DNA from: Desulfurococcaceae archaeon
GTDB lineage: Archaea; Thermoproteota; Thermoprotei_A; Sulfolobales; Desulfurococcaceae
Length of the DNA stretch: 64,000 nucleotides
Assembly (NCBI GenBank): GCA_038816475.1
Contig: JAWBAI010000001.1
Coordinates: forward strand, 32,001 to 96,000
Reading direction: 5' to 3'
Position numbers and translations under genes: made by a program. Shown one piece after another: positions 19,365-29,010 of this stretch. The first letter of the stretch is position 1. The number at the start of each line of letters is the position of its first letter. Under the pieces are notes generated by a model that had not been told where the DNA came from, did no database searches, and worked only from the letters and a program-made list of their open reading frames with translations.

Positions 19365-19970
19365 ATGGTTTCGGGAATTACTCGTAGAGCTATGGTTGAG
19401 ATTGCAGATTACGTGCTTAAGGCGGTTGATCTCATTAGTGATGAGGAAAAGGAGAAAATTGTAGATGAGCTTTTAAGAGTCAAGAAAGAAAACAAGAAGG
19501 TTTTTGTTACAGGAGCTGGAAGAAGCGGGCTTGTGGCTAAAGCTTTCGCCATGAGGCTTCTGCACCTAAACTTCAACATCTACGTGATAGGTGAAACAAT
19601 ATTACCGCCAGTAACTCAGGGAGATCTACTAATAGCGGTGTCTGGTTCGGGTAGAACAAAAACCATAGTAACGGTAGCGGAAACAGCGAAGTCTATAGGT
19701 GCAAAAGTAGTAGCGGTTACAACGTATCCTGATAGTCCACTCGGTAAATTAGCAGACATAGTTGTAAGAATACCGGGTCGAACAAAACTTGCAGTGGAAG
19801 AGGACTACCTGGTGAGACAAATAGTTGGAATACACGAGCCACTAGCACCGTTGGGAACACTGTTCGAGATCACTACGCTTGTTTTCCTAGATGGAATAAT
19901 ATCGGAGCTGATGTACAGGCTAGGGGTCTCGGAAGAAGAGCTAAAAGAACGCCATGCGAACATAGAATAG
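19365..19970 (+). CDS. hxlB: 6-phospho-3-hexuloisomerase (SIS domain, RuMP pathway)
   Basis: GAGRSGLVAKAFAMRL, SGSGRT and PLGTLFE motifs; start set to the ATG at 19365. Confidence 0.9.
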   Translation: MVSGITRRAMVEIADYVLKAVDLISDEEKEKIVDELLRVKKENKKVFVTGAGRSGLVAKAFAMRLLHLNFNIYVIGETILPPVTQGDLLIAVSGSGRTKTIVTVAETAKSIGAKVVAVTTYPDSPLGKLADIVVRIPGRTKLAVEEDYLVRQIVGIHEPLAPLGTLFEITTLVFLDGIISELMYRLGVSEEELKERHANIE

Positions 19971-20001
19971 CAAGCTCAACTTTTTGTCCATAGGATAAGC
20001 C

Positions 20002-20973
20002 ATGAAGAATTCACTGAACCGTGTACTTGAGAGATTTACCGAAGCATTGTCCTTAGCTTTCATACTAGAAGCTTCAGGGTATCCTAAACCCGGCAATGTT
20101 CACAGGCTTCTTGATAGAAGAGCTCTAAGGTACGAGGCTTTTCTTGCGACCGGAGTACTAGCATATAAGTACATGAGAAAAGGGCTTCGAAGAGGGCTTC
20201 GAGGAGAATTCAGAGAGATAGTACTCGGGGATCTTGTGTATGGTCTTGTACGGGATGTTGTAGTGAGTTTGAAATCGTCTAATACATGCCTAGGTTCTTC
20301 TCTCCTACTAAGCCTTATGAGTGTTTCAATTGGGCAGTCTCTTCGGTATGGATTGAGCGGTCTAGCGTCGTTAAGCTTCTTCGCGAGAGAAGTGCTACGT
20401 AAGACCACGGTGAGCGACACCATTTACTACTACAGAGCTATTAGAAAAGCCTCTCCAAGCTACCTGAAGAAAACAGACTACACGGGTGAATACGTTAATG
20501 TATGGGATCCGACCTATAGAAAGAAGCTACTAGAGAGAAATCACAAACTTGTGGACGTCTTAGAGTATAGTAGCAAATTCGATGTAGTTGCAGATGAAGC
20601 TCTTAGCGGATTTAAGCGGGGATTAAAAGCGGAGGAGTTTCTTCGTAAAAGATTCAAAGAACACTTTGATCTCAACAGAGCCATTGTTGAGACCTACCTC
20701 TACCTCCTCTCTAAATACGTAGACACAGTAGTGTACTTGAAGCACGGTAGTTCAGTAGCCAGCAGTATCATGGAGAATGCAGAGAGAGTTCTTGACTTAG
20801 TTATTTCGAGGAAAAACAATGAGTGGATGATACACGTAAAGAAATTTGATGACGAATTGCAAAGCAGGAACATTAATCCAGGAGCTATAGCCGACTTAAC
20901 AGCCGAAGCGATAGCTCTGTATATGATTAGAAACATTGTCGAGGAGAATAGACTACTAGACTTATCGCATTGA
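20002..20973 (+). CDS. CitG-family (triphosphoribosyl-dephospho-CoA synthase-like) protein
   Basis: LEASGYPKPGNVH, NTCLG and INPGAIADL motifs. Confidence 0.85.
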   Translation: MKNSLNRVLERFTEALSLAFILEASGYPKPGNVHRLLDRRALRYEAFLATGVLAYKYMRKGLRRGLRGEFREIVLGDLVYGLVRDVVVSLKSSNTCLGSSLLLSLMSVSIGQSLRYGLSGLASLSFFAREVLRKTTVSDTIYYYRAIRKASPSYLKKTDYTGEYVNVWDPTYRKKLLERNHKLVDVLEYSSKFDVVADEALSGFKRGLKAEEFLRKRFKEHFDLNRAIVETYLYLLSKYVDTVVYLKHGSSVASSIMENAERVLDLVISRKNNEWMIHVKKFDDELQSRNINPGAIADLTAEAIALYMIRNIVEENRLLDLSH

Positions 20974-21036
20974 GCATTGATTTATTTTAGGTTTTGTTGA
21001 AATACCACACGTGTCGAGGTAAGTGGTATATCAGCC

Positions 21037-21561
21037 ATGAATACTCTAACGGGTTTGAAAGATCTACTGAGTAAATGGCTCATCGAGGAGAATTTTATTG
21101 TAACTCAGCTGGATACAACTACACTACCCAGGGCAAATTGGGGGTTAAACGTTGCTACGCCAGGAGCACCTGGTGTAAAGTTCGCTGTCATTTCACCAGC
21201 TGACAAACCGGATAGAGTTGTACTCGTTATTGGTATTGCATTAGCGCCCGAGCATAGAGCTGAGCTTGAAAAACTGAAACAGACGGAGAGAATTAAAGTA
21301 ATGCACTCTATTCTCTCTAGAGCTTTAATGGTGTGTAATGACTGCAAGGTATCAGTGCAACCGAGTATCATTAATCCTCATACAATAACCATAAACCTTG
21401 AAATTTTCGGAGAGGAAATAGAAGCACATAGAAAACCCTGGTTCATAAAGCAGGTTGTAAAGCTAATTAACACTTATCTCACCATAGTCTCTGGGTTCAA
21501 CGAGTGGTTCCCGGTGGTACCACAACCAGGTAGAGAAGCACCCTCTGGGCTCTTCATATAG
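21037..21561 (+). CDS. Conserved archaeal hypothetical protein (DUF2299-like)
   Basis: KWLIEE N-terminus, SP..DRV..I..APEH pattern, 174 aa. Confidence 0.6.
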   Translation: MNTLTGLKDLLSKWLIEENFIVTQLDTTTLPRANWGLNVATPGAPGVKFAVISPADKPDRVVLVIGIALAPEHRAELEKLKQTERIKVMHSILSRALMVCNDCKVSVQPSIINPHTITINLEIFGEEIEAHRKPWFIKQVVKLINTYLTIVSGFNEWFPVVPQPGREAPSGLFI

Positions 21562-21591
21562 TGTATCGTTCATCGGACTTCATTTGATAGG

Positions 21592-21666
<75 letters not shown>

Positions 21667-21799
21667 CTGTACAACCATACTTGGCTTGGCCGGTTTATAA
21701 AATTCACAATACATTTTCTAACAGGCTAAGGACAACGCGTTTGGTTGTTCATTAAAGATACTCTAAATTCCTGTTTCGTGCTTCATGGTGAACGACATA

Positions 21800-21853
21800 A
21801 GTCAGGAACCTGGCTTTTCTTCACTTCTCGGCGTTCGGAAACCTCATCATCGC
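21800..21853 (-). ncRNA. C/D-box methylation guide sRNA
   Basis: ATGATGA (C), 12-nt guide GGTTTCCGAACG, CCGA (D'), GTGAAGA (C'), 12-nt guide AAAGCCAGGTTC, CTGA (D); TAATTAA box about 22 nt upstream. Confidence 0.88.
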
Positions 21854-21897
21854 TCTTTATTATGGTGATCGGGGTTAATTACATCCTGGGGTTAAAG

Positions 21898-22737
21898 ATG
21901 TGCAGGCTCTACGCTATGGCTTATAGAAAACCCGATCACACAACCCTGAAAACTTTCATAGAAGCATTCGTAGAGAGCAACAGGTACGATCACTACTTGG
22001 CTAGTCTAGCGCCAGATAAATCAGTAGCTTCTCACGATGATGGATGGGGTCTTATAGCAATAGGTTTAGTAGACAACACACCAACACATGCATACTACAA
22101 AACAGTTGAGCCTATTTTTCACGAAAACTCTAGGAGAATCCTTGAACTATACACGAAGAAAATGGCAAGTTACGACGAGGTCTACATCATAGTTCACGCG
22201 AGGAAAGCTTCGAGAAGGGAACCCTATGGTCCCGAGTACGCGCATCCATACATGATGATGTCTGATTCGGGTACAGCATGGTTTGCGCATAACGGTGGAG
22301 CAGACAAAAAGCTCTTAGCTGAAAAACTGGGAGTTTACCCGTGGATACGTGTAGACTCAGAGCTACTAGGATACTATGTAATGGACAGCGTGCTGTCCTG
22401 TGTAGGAGGAGGGGGAAGCGTAGATAACTGCGTTGTAGAAGCCTACCTAACCGCGAAGCACTACGTGGTTAAGAACAGTGCTTTAAACACAGCACTACTA
22501 GTCCTGCACGAGGACAAACCGCATTTGTACATAACACACTGGGTTAGAGAACCGAAAACGCAGCAGCACCAAAAGTACTTCGAGATGATATCATTGTTAA
22601 GTGATGCAATGACCTTTGGAGGGTCTATATCGATTAGGGAGTATCTACCTGAATCATATGCTGAGAAGTTATCATCGCTTGAACCCGGAGTATACAAGCT
22701 GGAACCGGGATCTCTTAAGAAGCTATCGGACCTGTAG
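21898..22737 (+). CDS. Class II glutamine amidotransferase-like Ntn hydrolase (YafJ/EgtC-like)
   Basis: Starts MCRL (N-terminal nucleophile Cys); HDDGWG, HARKAS, HPY, FAHNG and DSE motifs. True start is 21898, not 21745. Confidence 0.85.
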   Translation: MCRLYAMAYRKPDHTTLKTFIEAFVESNRYDHYLASLAPDKSVASHDDGWGLIAIGLVDNTPTHAYYKTVEPIFHENSRRILELYTKKMASYDEVYIIVHARKASRREPYGPEYAHPYMMMSDSGTAWFAHNGGADKKLLAEKLGVYPWIRVDSELLGYYVMDSVLSCVGGGGSVDNCVVEAYLTAKHYVVKNSALNTALLVLHEDKPHLYITHWVREPKTQQHQKYFEMISLLSDAMTFGGSISIREYLPESYAEKLSSLEPGVYKLEPGSLKKLSDL

Positions 22738-22749
22738 TGTGAAGTAGCG

Positions 22750-23868
22750 TTGAAGAAGATAGGTTTTATAGTGAACCCAATTGCAGGGATGGGTGGTAGT
22801 GTAGGGCTGAAGGGTACTGATGGAGATGCCTACTTAGAAGCCTTAAGACGAGGAGCTAAACCTGTATCACCGCTGAGAGCACTCGATTTCCTTAACAACA
22901 TAGAGTCGCGCGATTTCCAAATAGTTTCAGCTCCTGGACCAATGGGAGCTGATATAGTGGCTCAGAGCAAGCTACGTAGCAACTTACACACTGTGATCGG
23001 CGAGGTGGGAAACACCACTACGCGTGAGGATACCATTAGAATAGCCAAAGAACTCCGCGAGCTCGTAGACCTATTAGTATTTGTTGGTGGAGACGGAACA
23101 GCCAGGGACATCTACGACGCGGTGGGAACATCTATACCGGTTATTGGTGTTCCAAGCGGTGTTAAAATGTATAGCTCGGTCTTCGCTCTGAACACCCTTT
23201 CAGCAGCTAAGCTACTGGACATGTATCTACGTGGGTTAACAAGAATTGTTGAACGAGAGGTTGTGGATGCAGATGAAGAATCTATAAGGAGAGACGTGAT
23301 ATCGGTGAGACTCTACGGCTACTTACTGGTCCCCGTAGCTGAAGGTTTAATACAGGAATCAAAAACCCTATACACAGGCTACGATGAGGAGGAATCCAAG
23401 CTTGCAATGGCAAGGTACATTGTTGACAACATGGAACCAAACACCCCTTATATACTCGGACCGGGAACAACCGTGAAAGCGATCTGCAGAGTGCTCGGCC
23501 TACAATGTACTGTTCTCGGAGTTGACGTTATCTTGAACAAGAGCCTTCTAGTGAAGGATGCCTGGGAGAAGGATCTTCTAGGTATTCTGGAGAAGTACGA
23601 ACGTGTTAAGGTAGTTGTATCACCTATTGGTAAACAAGGGTTTATATTCGGGAGGGGTAATCAGCAGATTTCACCGCGTGTACTATCAAGATTAAGGAGA
23701 GACGATGTGATCATCGTGGCTACTAGGAGTAAGATGGATGAACTTAAGTACCTACTCGTTGACACAGGTGATAGAGAGGTGGATTACAAACTAAGCGGAT
23801 ATTACAAGGTTTTGGTTGATTATAATACTTACCTAGTTACTCGTGTACTACCGGGGATCCCCGAGTAG
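22750..23868 (+). CDS. ATP-NAD kinase family protein
   Basis: NPIAGMGG..LKGTDG, GGDGTARD, GVKMYS and GRGNQQ motifs. Confidence 0.85.
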   Translation: MKKIGFIVNPIAGMGGSVGLKGTDGDAYLEALRRGAKPVSPLRALDFLNNIESRDFQIVSAPGPMGADIVAQSKLRSNLHTVIGEVGNTTTREDTIRIAKELRELVDLLVFVGGDGTARDIYDAVGTSIPVIGVPSGVKMYSSVFALNTLSAAKLLDMYLRGLTRIVEREVVDADEESIRRDVISVRLYGYLLVPVAEGLIQESKTLYTGYDEEESKLAMARYIVDNMEPNTPYILGPGTTVKAICRVLGLQCTVLGVDVILNKSLLVKDAWEKDLLGILEKYERVKVVVSPIGKQGFIFGRGNQQISPRVLSRLRRDDVIIVATRSKMDELKYLLVDTGDREVDYKLSGYYKVLVDYNTYLVTRVLPGIPE

Positions 23869-23907
23869 TGTATTTAAGAGCTAGCATTGTGATAATTTAG
23901 CGAGGTG

Positions 23908-24312
23908 ATGTTCTTGAGTAAGGTATTTGATAGCGTGGGAAATCTCAAGGTTGGTGGCTATGTTGTAATCGATGGTGAACCTTGCAGGATAATTGATATT
24001 AGCAAGGCGAAAACCGGTAAACATGGCAGTGCCAAAGCGACAATTACAGCGGTTAGCTTGATAACTAAAACGAAGAAAATACTGGTTGCGCCAGTTGATG
24101 CTCAAGTAGAAGTTCCCGTTATTGAGAAGAAAATAGGCCAAATAATAGCAGATTTGGGTGACAGATTTCAAGTCATGGATACAGAAACCTTCGAAATATT
24201 CGAAGTTTCAAAAGATAGCGTAGATGAGGCTATTAGAGACAAGCTTACGACCGGCATGGAGGTAGAGTACTGGCTTGTGATGAATACGAGAATACTCGTT
24301 AGACCCAGGTAG
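23908..24312 (+). CDS. eif5a: Translation factor aIF5A
   Basis: Hypusine motif KTGKHGSAK; GAGGTG RBS. Confidence 0.95.
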   Translation: MFLSKVFDSVGNLKVGGYVVIDGEPCRIIDISKAKTGKHGSAKATITAVSLITKTKKILVAPVDAQVEVPVIEKKIGQIIADLGDRFQVMDTETFEIFEVSKDSVDEAIRDKLTTGMEVEYWLVMNTRILVRPR

Positions 24313-24325
24313 TAACAAAAATAAA

Positions 24326-24697
24326 CTACTCTATATCGTCAGGTATGAACGCGGGTTTTTCAGCTAGAGTTATAATTGGTATCGAAGAGCCTGGCTTAGG
24401 GTGCTTGGAAAGTTCGTATTTTTCCTCACCAGTATATACAACTACGTAGTTAGCTTCATCCACAAGTTTGTCGCCTGCGTCGAAAGAATAGTAGTAGAAT
24501 ATGGGTACTCCGTAGTACTTGTAGTAGTCTCTGAAGATCCCCAGTAGTCCGACTACGATCTTGTCTTTATGCTTGAACTTTATCAGGTAGGCTACAAACT
24601 GATGTGGAATCATAGTGGACACGGCAAGCCGTATAAGGTCTGCGAAAGTAGCCGTCTTAACTAGAATAACTTTCTCCTCGATCATCGCATGCACCAT
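24326..24697 (-). CDS. Conserved crenarchaeal hypothetical protein
   Basis: Fills the gap between genes; aromatic motif FRDYYKYYGVPIFYY. Confidence 0.65.
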   Translation of the reverse strand: MVHAMIEEKVILVKTATFADLIRLAVSTMIPHQFVAYLIKFKHKDKIVVGLLGIFRDYYKYYGVPIFYYYSFDAGDKLVDEANYVVVYTGEEKYELSKHPKPGSSIPIITLAEKPAFIPDDIE

Positions 24698-24722
24698 GGA
24701 ACCATTAGACTAACTCCAGAAT

Positions 24723-24739
24723 CTATAATTCAATTATAG
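24723..24739. promoter_or_regulatory. Palindromic operator candidate CTATAATT-C-AATTATAG
   Basis: Perfect 8-bp arms lying between a minus-strand TATA box (24747-24756) and the 24697 ORF. Confidence 0.45.
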
Positions 24740-24870
24740 TTCTTTGCTTTAATAAGCTCTTTGATCTACGGAGATGACAAATCTCATAAGTATAGCATAG
24801 AGGGCTAAACAATAGTAACGTACCGTATTGAAGATTGAATACATGGATCAAAGAACTCCCTTTTAGCGCA

Positions 24871-27800
24871 TTAACTTAGAGGATTGCTACTTCTATCTCT
24901 GCACTCATCTATGTAGAGCTTTAAGCTGTTTTCTATACTTTTGCGCACCTCCTCACTAAGAATTCTTTCTTGAACTTCCTCGTAAAGCTGGTTCAGTAAC
25001 TTCTGATAGTATAGTTCACCTCGTTCTATCTTATCCATGTTTTCTTCGAGTTTTCTTGTAACTTCTACTCCAACTATATCTCTGAAGAACTCGTTTAGGA
25101 AATCATATATCTGTATCCCTCTTTCTAGGGCAAGTAGAGATTTGGTTTTCTCAGTAGCTTTAACATACCTTCTGTCTATCAATGTCTGAACTATCTTAGC
25201 ATACGTACTTGGTCTACCAATACCGTTTTCCTTCATCCACTTTATAACGTCGTGATACTTGGGGAGCGGGTACTTTAACTTCTTCACGTTGCTAATGAAT
25301 CCACTAAGCCTTTCACCGGGCGTACCGAGCTCTTCTGCTTGTACTCTCAAGTTTTCATAGAGTTCCAGGTATCCCTTCTCAACTATGCTCGTTACAACTT
25401 CGAGCACCTGTTCAAGCTCTCCAATACAAACTTTTAGCTTCTGGATCTTCACGCGAGCAGGCTTCATCTGGCTTGCTATGAATCTTCTAAAGATCAGGTC
25501 GTAGAGCTTCATGTGATCTCTCGTTAACCTTCCTACTACAACGATAGCACCTTCCTTTACAAGTTCTGAGAGCCTATCGGCATCTATTGGTCTAGTTGGT
25601 CTAATGGCCTCGTGAGCTCCTCCTACACCCCATGTTCTGGGTTTAAACAGCTCGGTGTATTTCGCACCGTACTTATCCTCCAAGTATTGCCTAGCAACTT
25701 CAATGCCAACATCGCTGACTCTTGTACTATCGGTTCTGTGATAGGTGATCAAGCCCATTTCAAAGAGCTCTTGCGCTAAGTTCATGGTTTTAGTAGTAGA
25801 GAACCCGTATATTCTAGATGCGTCTTCTAGAAGAGTATCCGTTGTAAACGGTGAAGGCGGATTTACTTCATTCTCCCGCTCTTCTAGTATCACTACTTCA
25901 ACGTTAGGATAGTTCACGACTTTACCATGCTCATCGATGATCCCAGCTTTCAAAGCATCATTGTAATTAAGTACTAAAATGAGCGGAGCTTCACGCCTCT
26001 CAACGTTGATGTACACCTGGTACTTTCTGTTCTCGGGGCGCTTGCTCTTATGATATTCACTTATAATAAAGCCTAGGACAGGTGTTTGCACCCTTCCGGC
26101 ACTTAAGTTCCTGTTTGGATAGCAGCACGCGTCTATGGACTCGATCTTACCGGGTTTACCGTGTCTTCTGTAGAGGTAGCTCATGCAGTACTTCAACCAA
26201 CCGTACTCCTGGACGATCTTGGATAGTGAAAATCCAAGCCATCTATCCTCAACACGTCTAACTATTTGAGCTTCTACTAGTCTAGCGTTAAAGTCCCTTG
26301 GGTTAAGAAGAGCTTCCATTATGGCTCTTCTGGTTACCTCGTGGAATTCTACTCTTTGTATCTTCTCAGCGTAGGGTTCAAGCAGAACTCTTAAGTCCCA
26401 TGCGATTTTTTCTCCCTCAGAGTCGGGGTCTGTGCCAATGAATACTACATCAACCTCGCTCGCAAGCCTCTTTAGAACCTCTATCACTGAAAGCTTTCTG
26501 TTCTTAATGCTAGACTTGCATCTCGGGCAGAACATAGCATCGTGGGAGAACTGATGTCCGTTGATACAGGTCTTTATATCGGTGTATATTGGTATGAATC
26601 TTCTTTGCTCAGATGTGTCTTGAACAAGTGCTACTCCGTAGAGATGACCATGTTTCTCAGCTTCGGGGGGCTCCTCGTCTATTATCAGGTCGTATACGTG
26701 TCCTCCGCTAGCGATAACCGTGAGTATGTGGTTTCCAACTGTTATTTCATATGCTTGAAGCCCCTCTCCTAGAACTCTTACACTGGGTTTACCAAAGAAG
26801 TTTGCAATTGTCTTCGCTTTGTTTGGTGATTCTACAATTAGAACAGCTGTCTTAACGAGATCTAGGTACTTATCGGGTTTGACCTCGCCTCTAATGATTC
26901 TTTGAACTTCTAATCTTTCCTCCGAGATCTCTTTTACAAGCTTATCTAAGTCTAGATCATGTAGGTTAACCATTTTGAAGTCCTCGAATATCCATCTCAT
27001 TCTCCTAGTAAGACCACTCAGCAATCTAGCATCATCGACTATCACCACTGAGAGACCCTTCGTGATACCACCTGGATACAGCCTCGAGCATCTGCCGCTT
27101 GCCTGTATGTAGGTGGCCACATCGGGTATTAGGAGGTACGTTTCCCCGTTTTCTCTCGTAATAGCGACCTCTCCTAGCTGTGTAAGCTTCTCCCATGCAG
27201 CTGGCTCTTCCAGTTTTTTCTTCAAAATGCTATATGCTTTGTACAGGTCCACGACTACGGATGGTTCATCACCTTTAAGACCAGTGGTGGTAACCTGGTT
27301 GAATATTTCTTTAACTTTGGCCAGTGCGCCGGGGCTCATTGTTCTGAGTTTGCGGGCCAGCTTGCCTATCAGCGTTTCTATCTCGCTTTTTTCATCACCC
27401 TCTACTATGTCTCTTACCACCACGAGCATCCTCAGAATATCGATTGGTGATACCCTTTCGAGCTTGGAGCTAAACTTGTGTCTTGGAACGCCTGTGAACA
27501 CTACAAACTTTACTCTTTCAGGGAGATCGAGTCCTCGAACAATTGTACCATAGTATGTTGCTACTCCAACAAGAGCGTTTAAGTTTCCGGCAGAGAATTC
27601 CTCAATTATCTTAATGCTCTTCTTCGCGTGAAAAGCCTCTACCGAAAGACCGGCTTCTCTTAGTTTTTGAGCTATCTGCTCAGCGTACTCTACGCCCTTA
27701 TCCGCGGGAACGAAGACGATAATGCCATCCTTAAGCTTTAAACACAATTCTACAACGAGCTTGTCCAGGTCCATTCCTTCAGGTATTACGTATGCGTCGA

Positions 27801-28872
27801 CAATATTTCTAATGGCTTCAGGCTTCGATCCAGCCTCGAAGTTTAGGAAAAGTTTGAACAGCTTTGGATAGATCCCTCGGGGCTTACCGGTTGCGCTGTT
27901 TACTATTAGTGTGGTTTTAATGCTTTTCTTCACAGAGTTTATTTCCTCCTGAAGCTTACTGAGCTCAACTTTAAGCTTTTCAAACTCTTCACCTTGGGCC
28001 GTGGAGAGCCTAGCCTTCAGCTTTATGACCTGTAATCCCTTGTCAATAGTGGCGTCATCTATACCTATAAGGTTCAGGAGTCTTCGTACAGCTTTACCGC
28101 TTCTCAGTATAGCGTCAACATCGTCCATGATCACGAGTTCGTATACTCCACGCGGTAATTTATCAGCGTGTTTATGCAGAAAGGCGCTAGTAGATAGGAG
28201 TATGTCGAAGCTCCCGGTTACCACCATCTCCATGTACAGCTCTTTATCCTTCTTATTGAGTTTTCCGTGTATGCATAGCACTCTTACGCACTCGTCACTA
28301 CTCTGCAGTTCTTGGTTGCTACAGATCTTGATACCCGAGTTCTCGGCAAACTGTAGCAGTTTCTTCCATGCTTGAAGCAGTAGCGGTGTTGTTGGAAAAG
28401 CTATGTATATCTTCCTTCCGCTTTTCTTAGCTTCCTGAACTTTGTACAGGGTAGCTATGAGTGAGAAAACTGTTTTACCCATACCTGTTGGTGCAATTAT
28501 GCTGAATGATTCCCCCCTAAGAAGCCTCTTAGCCCACGCTTTCTGAGCACTCCACATCATGAAGCCGTTGGTAGCTTTCTGAAAGAACAACTCGAATTTT
28601 CGAAATAGAGTTTCTTCTTCGACTAGCTCTTTAAGACGACCTTCTCTGTGAACAAGAGAGTAGTATATCTTCAGTCGTCTTGACTTATCAGCATTGGCTA
28701 CAAGATCCACGTAGGCTTTAAACTCCTCTTCGGGAAGACACGCTTCGCAGGGAGCTTTGAGCAGAAGTCGTTCATCCGATATTGATCCACCGCAGTTAGG
28801 ACAAGCGTGTCTGTAGATCCCGTGGGCAACTGGGTGCTTCACTTCTACGGAAACGTTTGCTGTATTATCCAC
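24871..28872 (-). CDS. rgy: Reverse gyrase
   Basis: N-terminal Zn finger, APTGMGKT, DDVD, QASGRCSR, VESPNKA, DPDSEGE, SAGRVQTP, ITYHRTDS and GIGRPSTY. Confidence 0.98.
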   Translation of the reverse strand: MDNTANVSVEVKHPVAHGIYRHACPNCGGSISDERLLLKAPCEACLPEEEFKAYVDLVANADKSRRLKIYYSLVHREGRLKELVEEETLFRKFELFFQKATNGFMMWSAQKAWAKRLLRGESFSIIAPTGMGKTVFSLIATLYKVQEAKKSGRKIYIAFPTTPLLLQAWKKLLQFAENSGIKICSNQELQSSDECVRVLCIHGKLNKKDKELYMEMVVTGSFDILLSTSAFLHKHADKLPRGVYELVIMDDVDAILRSGKAVRRLLNLIGIDDATIDKGLQVIKLKARLSTAQGEEFEKLKVELSKLQEEINSVKKSIKTTLIVNSATGKPRGIYPKLFKLFLNFEAGSKPEAIRNIVDAYVIPEGMDLDKLVVELCLKLKDGIIVFVPADKGVEYAEQIAQKLREAGLSVEAFHAKKSIKIIEEFSAGNLNALVGVATYYGTIVRGLDLPERVKFVVFTGVPRHKFSSKLERVSPIDILRMLVVVRDIVEGDEKSEIETLIGKLARKLRTMSPGALAKVKEIFNQVTTTGLKGDEPSVVVDLYKAYSILKKKLEEPAAWEKLTQLGEVAITRENGETYLLIPDVATYIQASGRCSRLYPGGITKGLSVVIVDDARLLSGLTRRMRWIFEDFKMVNLHDLDLDKLVKEISEERLEVQRIIRGEVKPDKYLDLVKTAVLIVESPNKAKTIANFFGKPSVRVLGEGLQAYEITVGNHILTVIASGGHVYDLIIDEEPPEAEKHGHLYGVALVQDTSEQRRFIPIYTDIKTCINGHQFSHDAMFCPRCKSSIKNRKLSVIEVLKRLASEVDVVFIGTDPDSEGEKIAWDLRVLLEPYAEKIQRVEFHEVTRRAIMEALLNPRDFNARLVEAQIVRRVEDRWLGFSLSKIVQEYGWLKYCMSYLYRRHGKPGKIESIDACCYPNRNLSAGRVQTPVLGFIISEYHKSKRPENRKYQVYINVERREAPLILVLNYNDALKAGIIDEHGKVVNYPNVEVVILEERENEVNPPSPFTTDTLLEDASRIYGFSTTKTMNLAQELFEMGLITYHRTDSTRVSDVGIEVARQYLEDKYGAKYTELFKPRTWGVGGAHEAIRPTRPIDADRLSELVKEGAIVVVGRLTRDHMKLYDLIFRRFIASQMKPARVKIQKLKVCIGELEQVLEVVTSIVEKGYLELYENLRVQAEELGTPGERLSGFISNVKKLKYPLPKYHDVIKWMKENGIGRPSTYAKIVQTLIDRRYVKATEKTKSLLALERGIQIYDFLNEFFRDIVGVEVTRKLEENMDKIERGELYYQKLLNQLYEEVQERILSEEVRKSIENSLKLYIDECRDRSSNPLS

Positions 28873-29010
28873 AGAAACACCTCTCTCCGTGAGTTGTGCT
28901 TAATAATTAGCTTTTAAAGCTTTCTGTACAAAAGAAGCCAGAGATCCTATGATAAGGAAAATAAAGAGAAAACATTACTGATGTCCACAAAAAATTCTCA
29001 CTGAAACACC

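Noticed and set aside
21745-21897. N-terminal extension of the amidotransferase ORF
   Set aside because: An Ntn hydrolase needs Cys at position 2, and the region holds a C/D sRNA
24758-24854. 9-bp inverted repeat TCTTTGATC/GATCAAAGA with inner TACGG/CCGTA
   Set aside because: No ACA box, target-site duplication or second copy seen; could be chance or a terminator-region structure
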